Shown here: positions 23,670 through 33,072 of the stretch, in pieces
How the letters are laid out: each line of letters begins with the position of its first letter
Numbering within the stretch: the stretch's first letter is position 1
Assembly: GCA_963827185.1 (NCBI GenBank)
Contig: CAWGZQ010000001.1
Coordinates: 88,644 to 152,643, forward strand
Reading direction: 5' to 3'
DNA: 64,000 nucleotides
Origin: an uncultured Actinomycetota bacterium
GTDB lineage: Bacteria; Actinomycetota; Actinomycetes; Propionibacteriales; Nocardioidaceae
Notes under the pieces: model-generated
Told to the model about the DNA's origin: nothing
The model's database searches: none
The model's input: only the letters and a program-made list of their open reading frames with translations
Position numbers and translations under genes: made by a program

Positions 23670-26204
23670 CTACTTCCTGATCTTGAACTTCTTGTCGTTC
23701 ACGTCGAAGAAGTAGTTGCCGACAGCGGAGATCATGATCCGGGCCTTGGTCGTGCGGACCCGCGGGAACCGGACCTTTGCTCGACCGTCGTTGGGGGTCG
23801 ACCGGACCACGGTCCGCCAGGTCTTGCCGCCGTTGGTCGAGAGCAGGATCTTGACCTTCCGCGCCAGCTTCTTGGTGCCGTTGACCTTCCAGGCGACAAC
23901 CTTGGACTGGCCACCCTTGACGTTGCCACCCTTGCTGAACGAGGTGACCAGGAACGGCCCGGCATTCCGGTCCACCTTGAGGGTGATCTCGTCGTAGTGG
24001 ACCCCGCCGCCGTCGGCGAAACCGTCGCGGGCTGTCAGCCGGAAGTGCATCGCCTTGCCGCGGCCCGGTGTGCCCCCGTAGCTGGCGATCGGCAGGAACT
24101 CCGAGTAGCAATCGACCAGGCGGAACGGCACCGGCTCGTCGCCGTTCGGCTGGAACGTCGGGCAGCGGCCGGTCTTGGCGTTGGTGTTGCCCCTCAGGAC
24201 CTGGGCCAGGTCCGGGAACGTGCGGGTGCCGTTGGTGGTCGCCAGGTTCTGACCGGGCGAAGGCGACTGGAGCGTCCCCTCGTCGGTGACATGCGCGATC
24301 TCGCCGAACACCCGGAACAGCGGGCCGAACACCTTGGCGTTGCTGACCAGGTCGATCGCGGCGGGGCCGGAGTCCACCTGCTCCCAGAGCAGCGTCGGCT
24401 TGCCGCCGTCGGGGTCCTGGCCGGAGCCCTTGAGCGTGAACGGAGTCCGGATCGGGATGGTCTTGTTGCCCGGTGCCTTCGCGGTCGGCGCCAGGTTGCC
24501 GGTCGCGACCTGCTCGTTGCCGCCGTTCTTGGCGTCCCCGCCCTGCGCGGTCTCACCGACGAACCCGGTGACACCGGTGCCGGAGACCGTCAGCGACGCG
24601 ATGTCCTCGGTCGTCTCCAACCCCGACTCATCCGGGAACGGAAGCGGCGAGAAGATCACCTGGAACCCCGTGTCGTCGAAATCGGCCGGGTTCGGGGGTG
24701 TGGAGGGGAAGTCGAAGAACGGGTCGTAGCCCCAGTCCGCGATCGACACGGTGCGACCCGTCAGCGCCTCGATCTCGATCTTGAGCTTCGCGGCGCTGTA
24801 CTCCGCGTACGCGATGTTGCGGCTGTCGGAGCCGAACCCGAGCGTCAGGGTGTCGGTGGGTCCGAAACCCCTGAGCGACACGGTCTGCACCTCGACCACC
24901 GGGAGCGTCGGCTCGTTGGTGTAGGCGTTGATCTCGTCGTGGCTCGCCGCGGAGAAGTACGGGTCGGTGTGCGGCTGCAGGTCGTCGGACCCGCAGATAC
25001 CGGCGTACGCCATCACGGTCGAGCCCGAGCCCGGCTCGATGCCGGTCGGACCGTTGCTGCCGCCGCCGCACGCGAAGAACGTGTGGTTGCCGCTGAACTG
25101 GTGGCCCAGCTCGTGCGCGACGTAGTCGATGGCGAAGAAGTCACCCTTGGGCTCGGGGAGGCCGGTGCAGCCACCGCCCTTGTAGTCCCAGCCCACCACG
25201 CCGAGGTAGGCGATCCCGCCGCCGTTGACGCCCAGACCGATGTGGCCGACGTCGTAGTTGGAGGCGCCGACGATCTGGCCGAGGACGATCCGGTTGCGGC
25301 CCAGCGTGCCCACGTCACAGAAGTCCAGGTGACCGGCAGAGTCACCCTCCGCCGGGTCGTAGCAGGGGTGCGCGCCGCAGGGGCCGTTCGGACCGGTGGC
25401 CTTGGCCTCGGTGTCGAAGTTGAGGTCCTCGGTCCCGTCGATCAAGATCATCTTGATCGCGAGGTCGTCGTTGTAGATCTGGTTGACCCGGTTGATCAGG
25501 GTGACCTTCTCGGCCAGCACGTTGGCGGTGCCGAAGTACGCCGCATACGACGGGTCGGTCGCGAACGCGAGCCGGTAGACCTTCTGGGTGACCGGTCCGC
25601 CCGCCTTGGCCACGGACTTGCCGGAGCTCATCGCCTTCCGGATCTCCGGCGCCTCGCGCTCGACGAAGGCCTCCTCGGCGCGGGGGACGTCGCCGCCGTA
25701 GTAGCTCAGGTGCACGCTCGTGCCCGGACGGTCATAGGCCGGGTCGACGTACCAGGCCCGCTGCCCGGAGGGTCCACGGACCGCTGCATGCAGGCCCATC
25801 GGGGTGATGTCGAGGGCGATCGTCGTCCGCGCGTGGTCGAGCGATCGCCCGGAGTACGTCGCGATCTCCGGGTGCGCCGCCGCCAGCTTCGACTCCATCG
25901 TCCGGGTCGCGTGCACCGTGAACCGCTCCGTCCCGCCGGTGGGCGTCGGCACGGTGAACACCGCGCCGGAGCGGTCGCTGGCCCGCGGCGCGTTGCGGAG
26001 CTGGGCCCGGGCCTTGCCGAGGTCGACGCGCACGGCGGAGAAGTGGTCCGGTGCGATCCGTACCTTGTCGCCGCTGACCTGGTAGTTGGCCAGCGGACGG
26101 TACAGCGGGTCCGCGGCAACGGAACCGGCCGTACTACCGCCGAATGCGGGCAGGACGGCGGCTGCCAGTGCGGCAGCTGCGACGAGTCGGACGGTTCGCG
26201 ACAT
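23670..26204 (-). CDS. Secreted M12 (reprolysin-like) zinc metallopeptidase
   Basis: Signal peptide, HELGHQFSGNH zinc motif, STVMAY Met-turn. Confidence 0.85.
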   Translation of the reverse strand: MSRTVRLVAAAALAAAVLPAFGGSTAGSVAADPLYRPLANYQVSGDKVRIAPDHFSAVRVDLGKARAQLRNAPRASDRSGAVFTVPTPTGGTERFTVHATRTMESKLAAAHPEIATYSGRSLDHARTTIALDITPMGLHAAVRGPSGQRAWYVDPAYDRPGTSVHLSYYGGDVPRAEEAFVEREAPEIRKAMSSGKSVAKAGGPVTQKVYRLAFATDPSYAAYFGTANVLAEKVTLINRVNQIYNDDLAIKMILIDGTEDLNFDTEAKATGPNGPCGAHPCYDPAEGDSAGHLDFCDVGTLGRNRIVLGQIVGASNYDVGHIGLGVNGGGIAYLGVVGWDYKGGGCTGLPEPKGDFFAIDYVAHELGHQFSGNHTFFACGGGSNGPTGIEPGSGSTVMAYAGICGSDDLQPHTDPYFSAASHDEINAYTNEPTLPVVEVQTVSLRGFGPTDTLTLGFGSDSRNIAYAEYSAAKLKIEIEALTGRTVSIADWGYDPFFDFPSTPPNPADFDDTGFQVIFSPLPFPDESGLETTEDIASLTVSGTGVTGFVGETAQGGDAKNGGNEQVATGNLAPTAKAPGNKTIPIRTPFTLKGSGQDPDGGKPTLLWEQVDSGPAAIDLVSNAKVFGPLFRVFGEIAHVTDEGTLQSPSPGQNLATTNGTRTFPDLAQVLRGNTNAKTGRCPTFQPNGDEPVPFRLVDCYSEFLPIASYGGTPGRGKAMHFRLTARDGFADGGGVHYDEITLKVDRNAGPFLVTSFSKGGNVKGGQSKVVAWKVNGTKKLARKVKILLSTNGGKTWRTVVRSTPNDGRAKVRFPRVRTTKARIMISAVGNYFFDVNDKKFKIRK

Positions 26205-26279
26205 GGGATCTCCAGCGGACAACGATGGATGAGGGGGTGGAAGCACCCTAAGCGGCAGACCCCGCCCTGGGTAGGACTT

Positions 26280-26948
26280 CTAGAGCACCCACCGCTCGAG
26301 CAGGGTGCCGTCGTCCTCCAGCAGCGCGTGCAGCCGCAGCCCGAGGTCGATCGGCGGGCCGCCGGTGACCCGGAGGTGCTGTGCCGCGATCAGCCTCGGC
26401 ACGGTGGTCAGGCACAGCTCGTCGACGACTCCGGCGGCCAGCAGATCCCGGGCCAGGTGCGGGCCGCCCTCACAGAGCAGGTCGCGGAACCCGCGGACCA
26501 CCAGCTGCTCCCGCAGCCGCGGCAGATCGGGGCTGGACTCGCCGAGCACCAGCACGTTGTCGTCGCCGAGGAGCGACCGGGTCTCCCTGAGGTGTGGCGC
26601 GTCGTCGCAGGTCGCCATCATCAGTGCGGAGCTGCCTCGGAGGGTCGGCGGCACCGCGCCGGAACGCGACACCACGACCATCGGCTTCGGGTTCGGCCGG
26701 TAGCCCTCGGCCCGGGCCGTTCCGGCGCCCACGATCACCACGTCCGCGAGGTCGCGCAGCAGATGGAAGACGCGCTTGTCGGCAGCGTTGTTGATGCTCA
26801 CACTGAGCCCGTCGGGACCCTGCGCGGCGCCGTCGACGGTGGCCACGAAGTTCAGCCGGAACCACGGGGCCCGGAGCGGGGCGTAGTGCGCGCGCAGCGC
26901 CTCGTCGTCGAGCTCGGACAGTTGCGGGAGTGGGCTCACCGTCCCCAT
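26280..26948 (-). CDS. RibD C-terminal-type pyrimidine/dihydropterin reductase
   Basis: RLNFVATVDGA, VGAGTARAEGY, LLCEGGP, VDELCLT. Confidence 0.85.
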   Translation of the reverse strand: MGTVSPLPQLSELDDEALRAHYAPLRAPWFRLNFVATVDGAAQGPDGLSVSINNAADKRVFHLLRDLADVVIVGAGTARAEGYRPNPKPMVVVSRSGAVPPTLRGSSALMMATCDDAPHLRETRSLLGDDNVLVLGESSPDLPRLREQLVVRGFRDLLCEGGPHLARDLLAAGVVDELCLTTVPRLIAAQHLRVTGGPPIDLGLRLHALLEDDGTLLERWVL

Positions 26949-26979
26949 CGTGCCAACACCGCCCACCTAGACTCGGAAG

Positions 26980-27867
26980 GTGCTCACCCTCCGCGATCTC
27001 GCTGCGCTGCACGCGACGTACGCAGCGGAGGCGGCGCTCCCGGTGGCACCGGCTCGGCTCGGCGACCTCACCGTCGGCGACGACCTGCCGGTCATCATGG
27101 GCACGATCAACCTGTCCCGGGACTCGACGTACCGCGAGAGCGTGGCGGTCTCCACGCGTTCCGCCGTTCGCAAGGCGCGGGTCCAGATCGCGCAGGGCGC
27201 GAGCGTCGTCGACATCGGCGCGGAGTCGAGCACGGCGCGCGCCGCCCGGGTGCGGGCGGAGGAGCAGATCGCCCGGTTGGTGCCGGTGATCACCGAGATC
27301 GCCGTCGAGACCGTGGTGTCCGTGGAGACCTACGAGCCGCTGGTGGTCGAGGCCTGCCTGAAGTCCGGCGCCCGGGTCCTGAACATGACCGGGCGGGAGC
27401 ACGAGACGACGATGCTCGAGCTCGCTGCTGAGTACGACGCCGCGGTCGTGCTGTGTTTCTGCGAGCTCGCCAACGTGCGCGAGCTCGCGCGGATCGACCT
27501 GGCGGCCGACCCGATCCCGGCGCTCGTGGATCACTTCGGCGAGCGGCTCGAGACCGCGCGCCGGCTCGGGGTCGAGAACGTGGTGATCGACCCCGGCATG
27601 GGCTTCTACTACGACAACCTGACCGACCCGATGACCCGGGCCCGGCACCAGACGAAGGTGCTCGCGCACTCCTTCCGGCTGCGGACGCTGGGGGTGCCGG
27701 TGTGCAACGCGCTACCGCACGCGTTCGACCTCTTCGAGGAGGAGTTCCGCACGGCGGAGGGATTCTTCGCGGTGCTGGCCTCGCTCGGCGGCACCCATCT
27801 CTTCCGCACGCACGAGGTCGGGCACGTGCGCGCCGTACTCAACTCGCTGGCGGAGCTCTCGACCTAG
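26980..27867 (+). CDS. Divergent dihydropteroate-synthase-like pterin-binding protein
   Basis: IMGTINLSRDS, DIGAES, IDPGMGF, RTHEV; canonical SRK motif absent. Confidence 0.7.
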   Translation: MLTLRDLAALHATYAAEAALPVAPARLGDLTVGDDLPVIMGTINLSRDSTYRESVAVSTRSAVRKARVQIAQGASVVDIGAESSTARAARVRAEEQIARLVPVITEIAVETVVSVETYEPLVVEACLKSGARVLNMTGREHETTMLELAAEYDAAVVLCFCELANVRELARIDLAADPIPALVDHFGERLETARRLGVENVVIDPGMGFYYDNLTDPMTRARHQTKVLAHSFRLRTLGVPVCNALPHAFDLFEEEFRTAEGFFAVLASLGGTHLFRTHEVGHVRAVLNSLAELST

Positions 27868-27890
27868 CGCCGCAAGCCGGCTCAGGACGC

Positions 27891-29060
27891 TCAGCCGAGG
27901 TGGCCGCGGATGCTCGCGTGCCCGGCGAGCAGATTGCGCGCGATCGTGCGGCGCTGGATCTCGTCGGTGCCTTCGTAGATCCGCAGCACCCGGAGCTCGC
28001 GGTACCACCGCTCGACCGGCAGTTCGCGGGTGTAGCCCATGCCGCCGTGCATCTGCAGCACGCGGTCGACGATCTCGTTGGCCTTCACGCCGCCGTACAG
28101 CTTGGCGATCGACTGGGCCTGCCGGGAGTCGACTCCCTGGTCGACCAGCCAGGCGGCGTTCAGCACCAGCCAGCGAAGCGCCTCGATCTCGACCGCGGAG
28201 TCGGCGATCATCCACTGGATCGCCTGCCGCTCGGCGATCGGGGCACCGAACGTCACCCGGTTGCGGGCGTGCTCCATGCCCATCTCGACCAACCGCTCGC
28301 ACGCCCCGAGCGCCCGGGCCGGCAGCAGGTAGCGGCCCTTGCCGATCCACTTCATCGCGAGCTCGAAGCCGCGACCCTCCTCCCCGAGGATGGCGGAGTG
28401 CGGCACCCGCACGTCGTCGAAGGACAGCGACGCCGGACCCCACTGACCCATGGTCGGGATCTCGGCCGAGGTCCACCCGGAGTCCCGGTCGGCGAGGAAG
28501 CAGGTGACGCCGCCGTTGGCGCCCTTCTCCTTGTCGGTGACCGCGAAGACCATGGTGAAGTCGGCGATGTCGCCGCCGGTGATGAACGTCTTCTCGCCGT
28601 TGATGACCCACTCGTCCCCATCGCGAACGGCGGTGGTGCGCAGGTTGCGGGCATCGGACCCGGCGCCCGGCTCGGTGATCGCGAAGCAGCTGATCTTCTC
28701 GCCCTCGATCGTGGGCTTGAGGTACGCCGCCTGCTGCTCCTCGTTCGCGTGGAACAGGATGTTGTCGGCGTCGCCGCCGAACGTGAACTGCACGAACGAC
28801 CGACCGAGCTCGACCTCGATCAGCGCAGCCATCACCGCGCCGAGGCCCATGCCGCCGTACTCCTCGGGGGTCTGGACGCCGAAGAACCCGGACTCACGCG
28901 CCTTCTCCCGTAACGCGCGGACCTCCTCGATCGTGAGGCCGCGCTCGTTGCGCCGCTCGCGCTCCAACACGGTCTGCTCGAGCGGGATGATCTCCTTGGT
29001 GACGAACGTGCGGACCCACTCCCGGATCTCACGCTCCTCCGGGCTCAGGCTGAGGTCCAT
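27891..29060 (-). CDS. Acyl-CoA dehydrogenase
   Basis: FAITEPGAGSD, INGEKTFIT, QMHGGMGY, IYEGTDEIQ. Confidence 0.95.
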   Translation of the reverse strand: MDLSLSPEEREIREWVRTFVTKEIIPLEQTVLERERRNERGLTIEEVRALREKARESGFFGVQTPEEYGGMGLGAVMAALIEVELGRSFVQFTFGGDADNILFHANEEQQAAYLKPTIEGEKISCFAITEPGAGSDARNLRTTAVRDGDEWVINGEKTFITGGDIADFTMVFAVTDKEKGANGGVTCFLADRDSGWTSAEIPTMGQWGPASLSFDDVRVPHSAILGEEGRGFELAMKWIGKGRYLLPARALGACERLVEMGMEHARNRVTFGAPIAERQAIQWMIADSAVEIEALRWLVLNAAWLVDQGVDSRQAQSIAKLYGGVKANEIVDRVLQMHGGMGYTRELPVERWYRELRVLRIYEGTDEIQRRTIARNLLAGHASIRGHLG

Positions 29061-29070
29061 GCCGGCGAGG

Positions 29071-29982
29071 CTACCGGTGCAGCAGGGTCCGGATCCGGGC
29101 GATGGTGTCGTCGAGGGCGGCCGCGGCGGCCTCGCTCACCGCGGCGATGTCGTTGTAGCCGTGGATCAGGCCGTCGTACCGGATCCGGTCCACCGGAACC
29201 TCGGCCGCAGCCAGCCGGTCCGCGTAGCCCTCGCCCTCATCGCGCAGCGGGTCGAACTCCGCGGTGGTCACCAGCGCGGGCGGCGTACCTGCCGGATCGC
29301 CGAGCATCGGTGAGAGTCGAGCGTCGTCGAGGTCCTCGGCGGCTCCCAGGTAGTGCGTTGAGAACCACTCGCACGTGGCCCAGTCCAAGAGGTAGCCCTC
29401 GGCGTTGTCGACCCGTGATCGGTAGTCGCCCAGCAGGTGGGTGGCCGGGCAGATCAGGATCTGAGCGTCGAGCAGGTGCGGGAGCGCCTGGGCGGTTACG
29501 GCGGCGAGGTTGCCGCCGGCGCTGTCTCCTCCGACCGCGAGTACGGCTCCCCCGCCGAGCTCGTCCTGGTGGTCGGCCGCCCACCGGACCGCCGCGATGG
29601 CGTCATCGACCGCGGCCGGGAACGGGTGCTCCGGGGCCAGCCGGTAGTCGATGGCGAGCACGGCGGTGTCCGCGTCGCGACAGATCCGCCGGCAGGTCTG
29701 GTCGCCGGTGTCCAGGTCGCCCGTCACGAAACCGCCGCCGTGGAAGTACACCAGCGTCGGCCACGGCCCCGCCCCTTCGGGCAGGTACGACCGGGCCGGG
29801 CGTCCCCCGGCCTCGAACTCCTCGACCTTCCCGACCGGCACCACGGCCTCGGGCGTCACGGTGCCGCAGGCCAACGCCCGGTGGGCCTTCCGCGCCGTCT
29901 CCGGGGTGCCCTGGTAGGTCGGTGGGTAGCCGGAGTTCGCGATCATCTCGAGCAGGGCGGCGATCCCGGGGTCCAGGGGCAT
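29071..29982 (-). CDS. HSL-family esterase/lipase
   Basis: HGGG, GDSAGG, DPLRDEG, HGY. Confidence 0.92.
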   Translation of the reverse strand: MPLDPGIAALLEMIANSGYPPTYQGTPETARKAHRALACGTVTPEAVVPVGKVEEFEAGGRPARSYLPEGAGPWPTLVYFHGGGFVTGDLDTGDQTCRRICRDADTAVLAIDYRLAPEHPFPAAVDDAIAAVRWAADHQDELGGGAVLAVGGDSAGGNLAAVTAQALPHLLDAQILICPATHLLGDYRSRVDNAEGYLLDWATCEWFSTHYLGAAEDLDDARLSPMLGDPAGTPPALVTTAEFDPLRDEGEGYADRLAAAEVPVDRIRYDGLIHGYNDIAAVSEAAAAALDDTIARIRTLLHR

Positions 29983-30198
29983 GGGCGCGAATGTAGCGGG
30001 ACTAGCGAGCTCGACGCTCTCACGGCGGGCCAGCACGTCCTGGGCGAGCCGCTGCTCCACTTGCCAAGACAAGCGAGGGTAGGCGCGCCACTGGCCCCGC
30101 CGGCGCTGGCGGGGTGTGGGCGGAGGCCTCAGCCCGGGGGAGGTGGCCGAGGACACGGCACTCGTCCGCACATGCCGAGATGAGTGCATCCGGGATCG

Positions 30199-30498
30199 TC
30201 AGAGTGGGTCGGTGAATGTGACCGGCTTGCCAGCGGCTTCGGCGTACTCGATCTCCCTGCGGGTCGACTCGCCGACGTACCCACCTGGGTTGACGATCAA
30301 GACCCGGTCGGCCAGGTCGATCTTGCGAAGGTGAAGGGCGTCCAAGACAACCTTCTGCTCGGGCGTCGGCGCCTCGTCGGCTTCGCTGGGGGCCACGACA
30401 ATGACACCGGAGAAGGTCAGGTCGCGGTTCGCCGCCCTCATGTCGGCCATGAACTTGGCAGAGCCACAGATGCAGACAATGTCAGGTCGATCCGTCAC
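30199..30498 (-). CDS. Small protein, possibly nucleoside 2-deoxyribosyltransferase-like fold
   Basis: VCICGS...KIDLAD.VLIVN..GYVGESTRREIEYA...GKPV; AAGAGG RBS before the GTG. Confidence 0.55.
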   Translation of the reverse strand: MTDRPDIVCICGSAKFMADMRAANRDLTFSGVIVVAPSEADEAPTPEQKVVLDALHLRKIDLADRVLIVNPGGYVGESTRREIEYAEAAGKPVTFTDPL

Positions 30499-30638
30499 CA
30501 CTCGGCCCTCTTTGCGGTCGTCACGCGAGGACCCTATCGGTGCAGACGGACACGCCCGGATCTGCCGCAGACCGCGAGCGAAATCACCTGAGCACGCCTG
30601 CAGCCCCGCCGTGTTCGGCGGGGTGTGGGGCGGGGTGG

Positions 30639-31919
30639 TTAGTCGGGGGTGAGGTGGCCGAGGTCGCGGGTGCCTCCGGGTCCGCGGTGGAACCAGAGGC
30701 CGTTGGGGCTGCGCCATAGATAGTGGCCGGGTGTCAGGACGATGTAGGCCCAGCCGTCGTGGGTCTTGGCGCGGTGATGACCGCGACATCCGGGGGCGAG
30801 GTTGCAGGTGCAGGTGGGTCCGCCCTTGTTGAAGGGGATGACGTGGTCACAGTCGCAGGACTCTGCCGGGCGGGTGCAGTAGGGGAACACGCAGGTCACG
30901 TCACGTTCGAGGGCCTGGTCCCAGATCCGGTCGGAGCGTTCGTAGCGGTCGACCTGAATGTGGTCTGTCAGATCGATCACCTCTTTGATGACGACCTGGG
31001 TGTCGGGTTGGGTGCACCAGCCGGCGACCTGCTCCACGCTGATCGGGGTGCGGGTGGTGGCGCAGCGGGCCTGGTCGGGGTCACTGGTGTGGACGTGGAT
31101 CACGGTCTGCCGGGGCTTGACCAGCGGCCCGGCCTGTCCGTCGGGGTCGGTGGGGTTGAGGTCGAGCTGGGTCTGGCGGCGGGCCAGGGCGCCGAGGGCC
31201 AGGGAGCGGCGTACGTCGTAGGTCTCCTCACAACCCAGTGCGGTGAGCTCGGCCGCACCGTGGGCCAGGGCGGTGTCCAGGTCCAGGGCATCAGCCAGGT
31301 CCAGGGCACCGGAGATCTCCACGACCCCCTCAGGGCCGACGTCACGGGTGTGGACCTCGACCCGACGGGCCTCCATCGCCGCCTGTCGCTTCTGCTCGGC
31401 CTCTTCGGGTGCGTACAGGACCAGTGCTTCGGCGACCAGACGTTCGACCTGCCCGAACGTCACCCTCGCAGCAGTGCCCGCGAGCCGACGGTCCACGAAC
31501 CGTGCACCGGCCATCGGCAGGGCCAGGGTGTGTTCAGCGACCCGCGCGGCCCGCCACCACGGCAACCGGCCAGCAGTGACTTCTTCCCAGAACCCGGGCA
31601 GCCGGTACCGGACCTCGAGCACCTTCCCGACGTAGCGGCGTCCGGCGTCGGTGGTCATCCCCAAGGCGGCGGCGAGCTCGGTGATCGCGAATGCCGAGAC
31701 ATAGGGCGCCCCCGCACCAGCGAGGGTGAGGCCGGTGTCGCGGCCGAACTCCACATAAGTGGTCGCCTGCTCGGCGTCGACCTCGTGCGCCGCACACCAC
31801 TCGACCACCAGCTCCAGCTGCTCGACCTGCGCGACCATCTCGGCCTTCTTCGCAGCACGCACCGCGTCGAGCAGACCCACCGGAGTGGGCTGCTCGAAAG
31901 GCTGCGGTGCTGCTGACAT
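30639..31919 (-). CDS. DUF222 / HNH endonuclease (REP13E12-like)
   Basis: Long helical N-terminal region, then RDVTCVFPYC, DCDHV, NLAPGCRGHHRAKT. Confidence 0.88.
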   Translation of the reverse strand: MSAAPQPFEQPTPVGLLDAVRAAKKAEMVAQVEQLELVVEWCAAHEVDAEQATTYVEFGRDTGLTLAGAGAPYVSAFAITELAAALGMTTDAGRRYVGKVLEVRYRLPGFWEEVTAGRLPWWRAARVAEHTLALPMAGARFVDRRLAGTAARVTFGQVERLVAEALVLYAPEEAEQKRQAAMEARRVEVHTRDVGPEGVVEISGALDLADALDLDTALAHGAAELTALGCEETYDVRRSLALGALARRQTQLDLNPTDPDGQAGPLVKPRQTVIHVHTSDPDQARCATTRTPISVEQVAGWCTQPDTQVVIKEVIDLTDHIQVDRYERSDRIWDQALERDVTCVFPYCTRPAESCDCDHVIPFNKGGPTCTCNLAPGCRGHHRAKTHDGWAYIVLTPGHYLWRSPNGLWFHRGPGGTRDLGHLTPD

Positions 31920-31947
31920 ATGACTATCCAAGCACCGAGCGCCGACA
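31920..31947 (-). promoter_or_regulatory. PafBC (RecA-NDp)-like leaderless promoter
   Basis: TGTCGG-N10-TTGGAT-N6-ATG. Confidence 0.6.
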
Positions 31948-32001
31948 GTCCACTTTGGTCGAGATTCGCCCATGGTTGAGCCGAAATCCCGACATCCCCA
32001 A

Positions 32002-32048
32002 GGTGGTTTCGAGGCTCGTCGCTGACGCTCCTCGCACCTCAACCAGCG
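32002..32048. repeat. REP-like imperfect palindromic extragenic element
   Basis: ggtggtttcgagg...cctcaaccagc imperfect stem; only one copy in the window. Confidence 0.35.
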
Positions 32049-32162
32049 AACGCGGCAGCCAGCAGACTGAGAGCCGGCAACGGCGAGCAAGCCGACGCCC
32101 ACCTCACCCCGTAGCCAGCCCTCTCGCACCGCAGCCACAGCCAACCTGCGGGCCGATCTCCC

Positions 32163-33072
32163 CTACCTCAAGAATCGATACGCCGCGGCAGCCAGCGCCC
32201 GCGCGTACCGAGCCTGGCCCTGCCGCGAGGTCATCCGGTGCGCGTCGACGCGGTTGCGCATGTTGCCGAGCTCGACCATCACGGTGGGTACGTCTGAGAG
32301 GTTGAGCGTGCCGAGGTCGGAACGGATGTCGAGGCCGTCGCCGCCGGCGATGTACTTCGCCACCGGGAGGGGGCGCGAGCTCATCCGACGGGCGTCGATG
32401 CGGCTGCGCATGTTGCCGAGCTCGACCAGGACCGTGGGTACGTCGGAGAGGTTGAGCGTGCCGAGGTCGCCGCGGATGTCGAGCCCGTCGCCACCCGCGG
32501 TGTACGTCGCCACCGGCAGGCCGAGCGCCGAGCCGCTCCCGGACCACCTTCGCGAGGTGCAGCGAGGGCCGGTCGATGTCGTGCGTCCACGGCCGTGCGG
32601 TGCGGTGGTGCGATCACGTGGAAGCCCGGCCCGCCGCCGTAGTTGCCGTCGCCGTGGATGCTGATCTTGAGATCGGCGTCGACCCTGTTGCCGGCGCGAC
32701 CGCGCTTGTCGACGCACGGTCCCCATGGGAGCGGCTGTTGGTGGCACGGGTGAGGATCACCCGGGCGCCACGGCTCTCCAGGCGATCGCGCAGCAGCTGC
32801 GCGACCTTCCAGTTGAACGTCGCTTCCGGGAAGCCACCGTTGGTGGATGTGCCGGTCGTGTTGCACGCCTTCTTGAAGCCACCGGCCGGAACCGGCCGCG
32901 AGATCTTGCGCGGGAACCTGTGGTTGCCGAGCTGATGACCGGGATCGATCACCACGGTGCGGCCGGTCAGCGGCCCCTCACCAGCATCGATGCGGACCCG
33001 CTCGGCGTGCGCCGGCGCGCCACCCCCAACGGTGAGAGCGGCGACGACGAGGAGCCCGAGAAGCGACCTCAC
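32163..33072 (-). CDS. N-acetylmuramoyl-L-alanine amidase (Amidase_3); frameshifted and internally duplicated
   Basis: Signal peptide, VIDPGH, EATFN, ISIHGDG, LVELGNM (twice). Confidence 0.8.
32221..32520. repeat. Tandem 150-bp direct repeat, two copies, about 86% identical
   Basis: 32221-32370 vs 32371-32520 align without gaps; 21 mismatches by manual count. Confidence 0.92.

Noticed and set aside
23997-27431. Very long antisense or alternate-frame ORFs (1144 aa here; also 841 aa at 10360 and 963 aa at 17538)
   Set aside because: Shadow ORFs expected at this GC content; Arg/Gly/Pro-rich with no motifs, overlapping well-supported genes.
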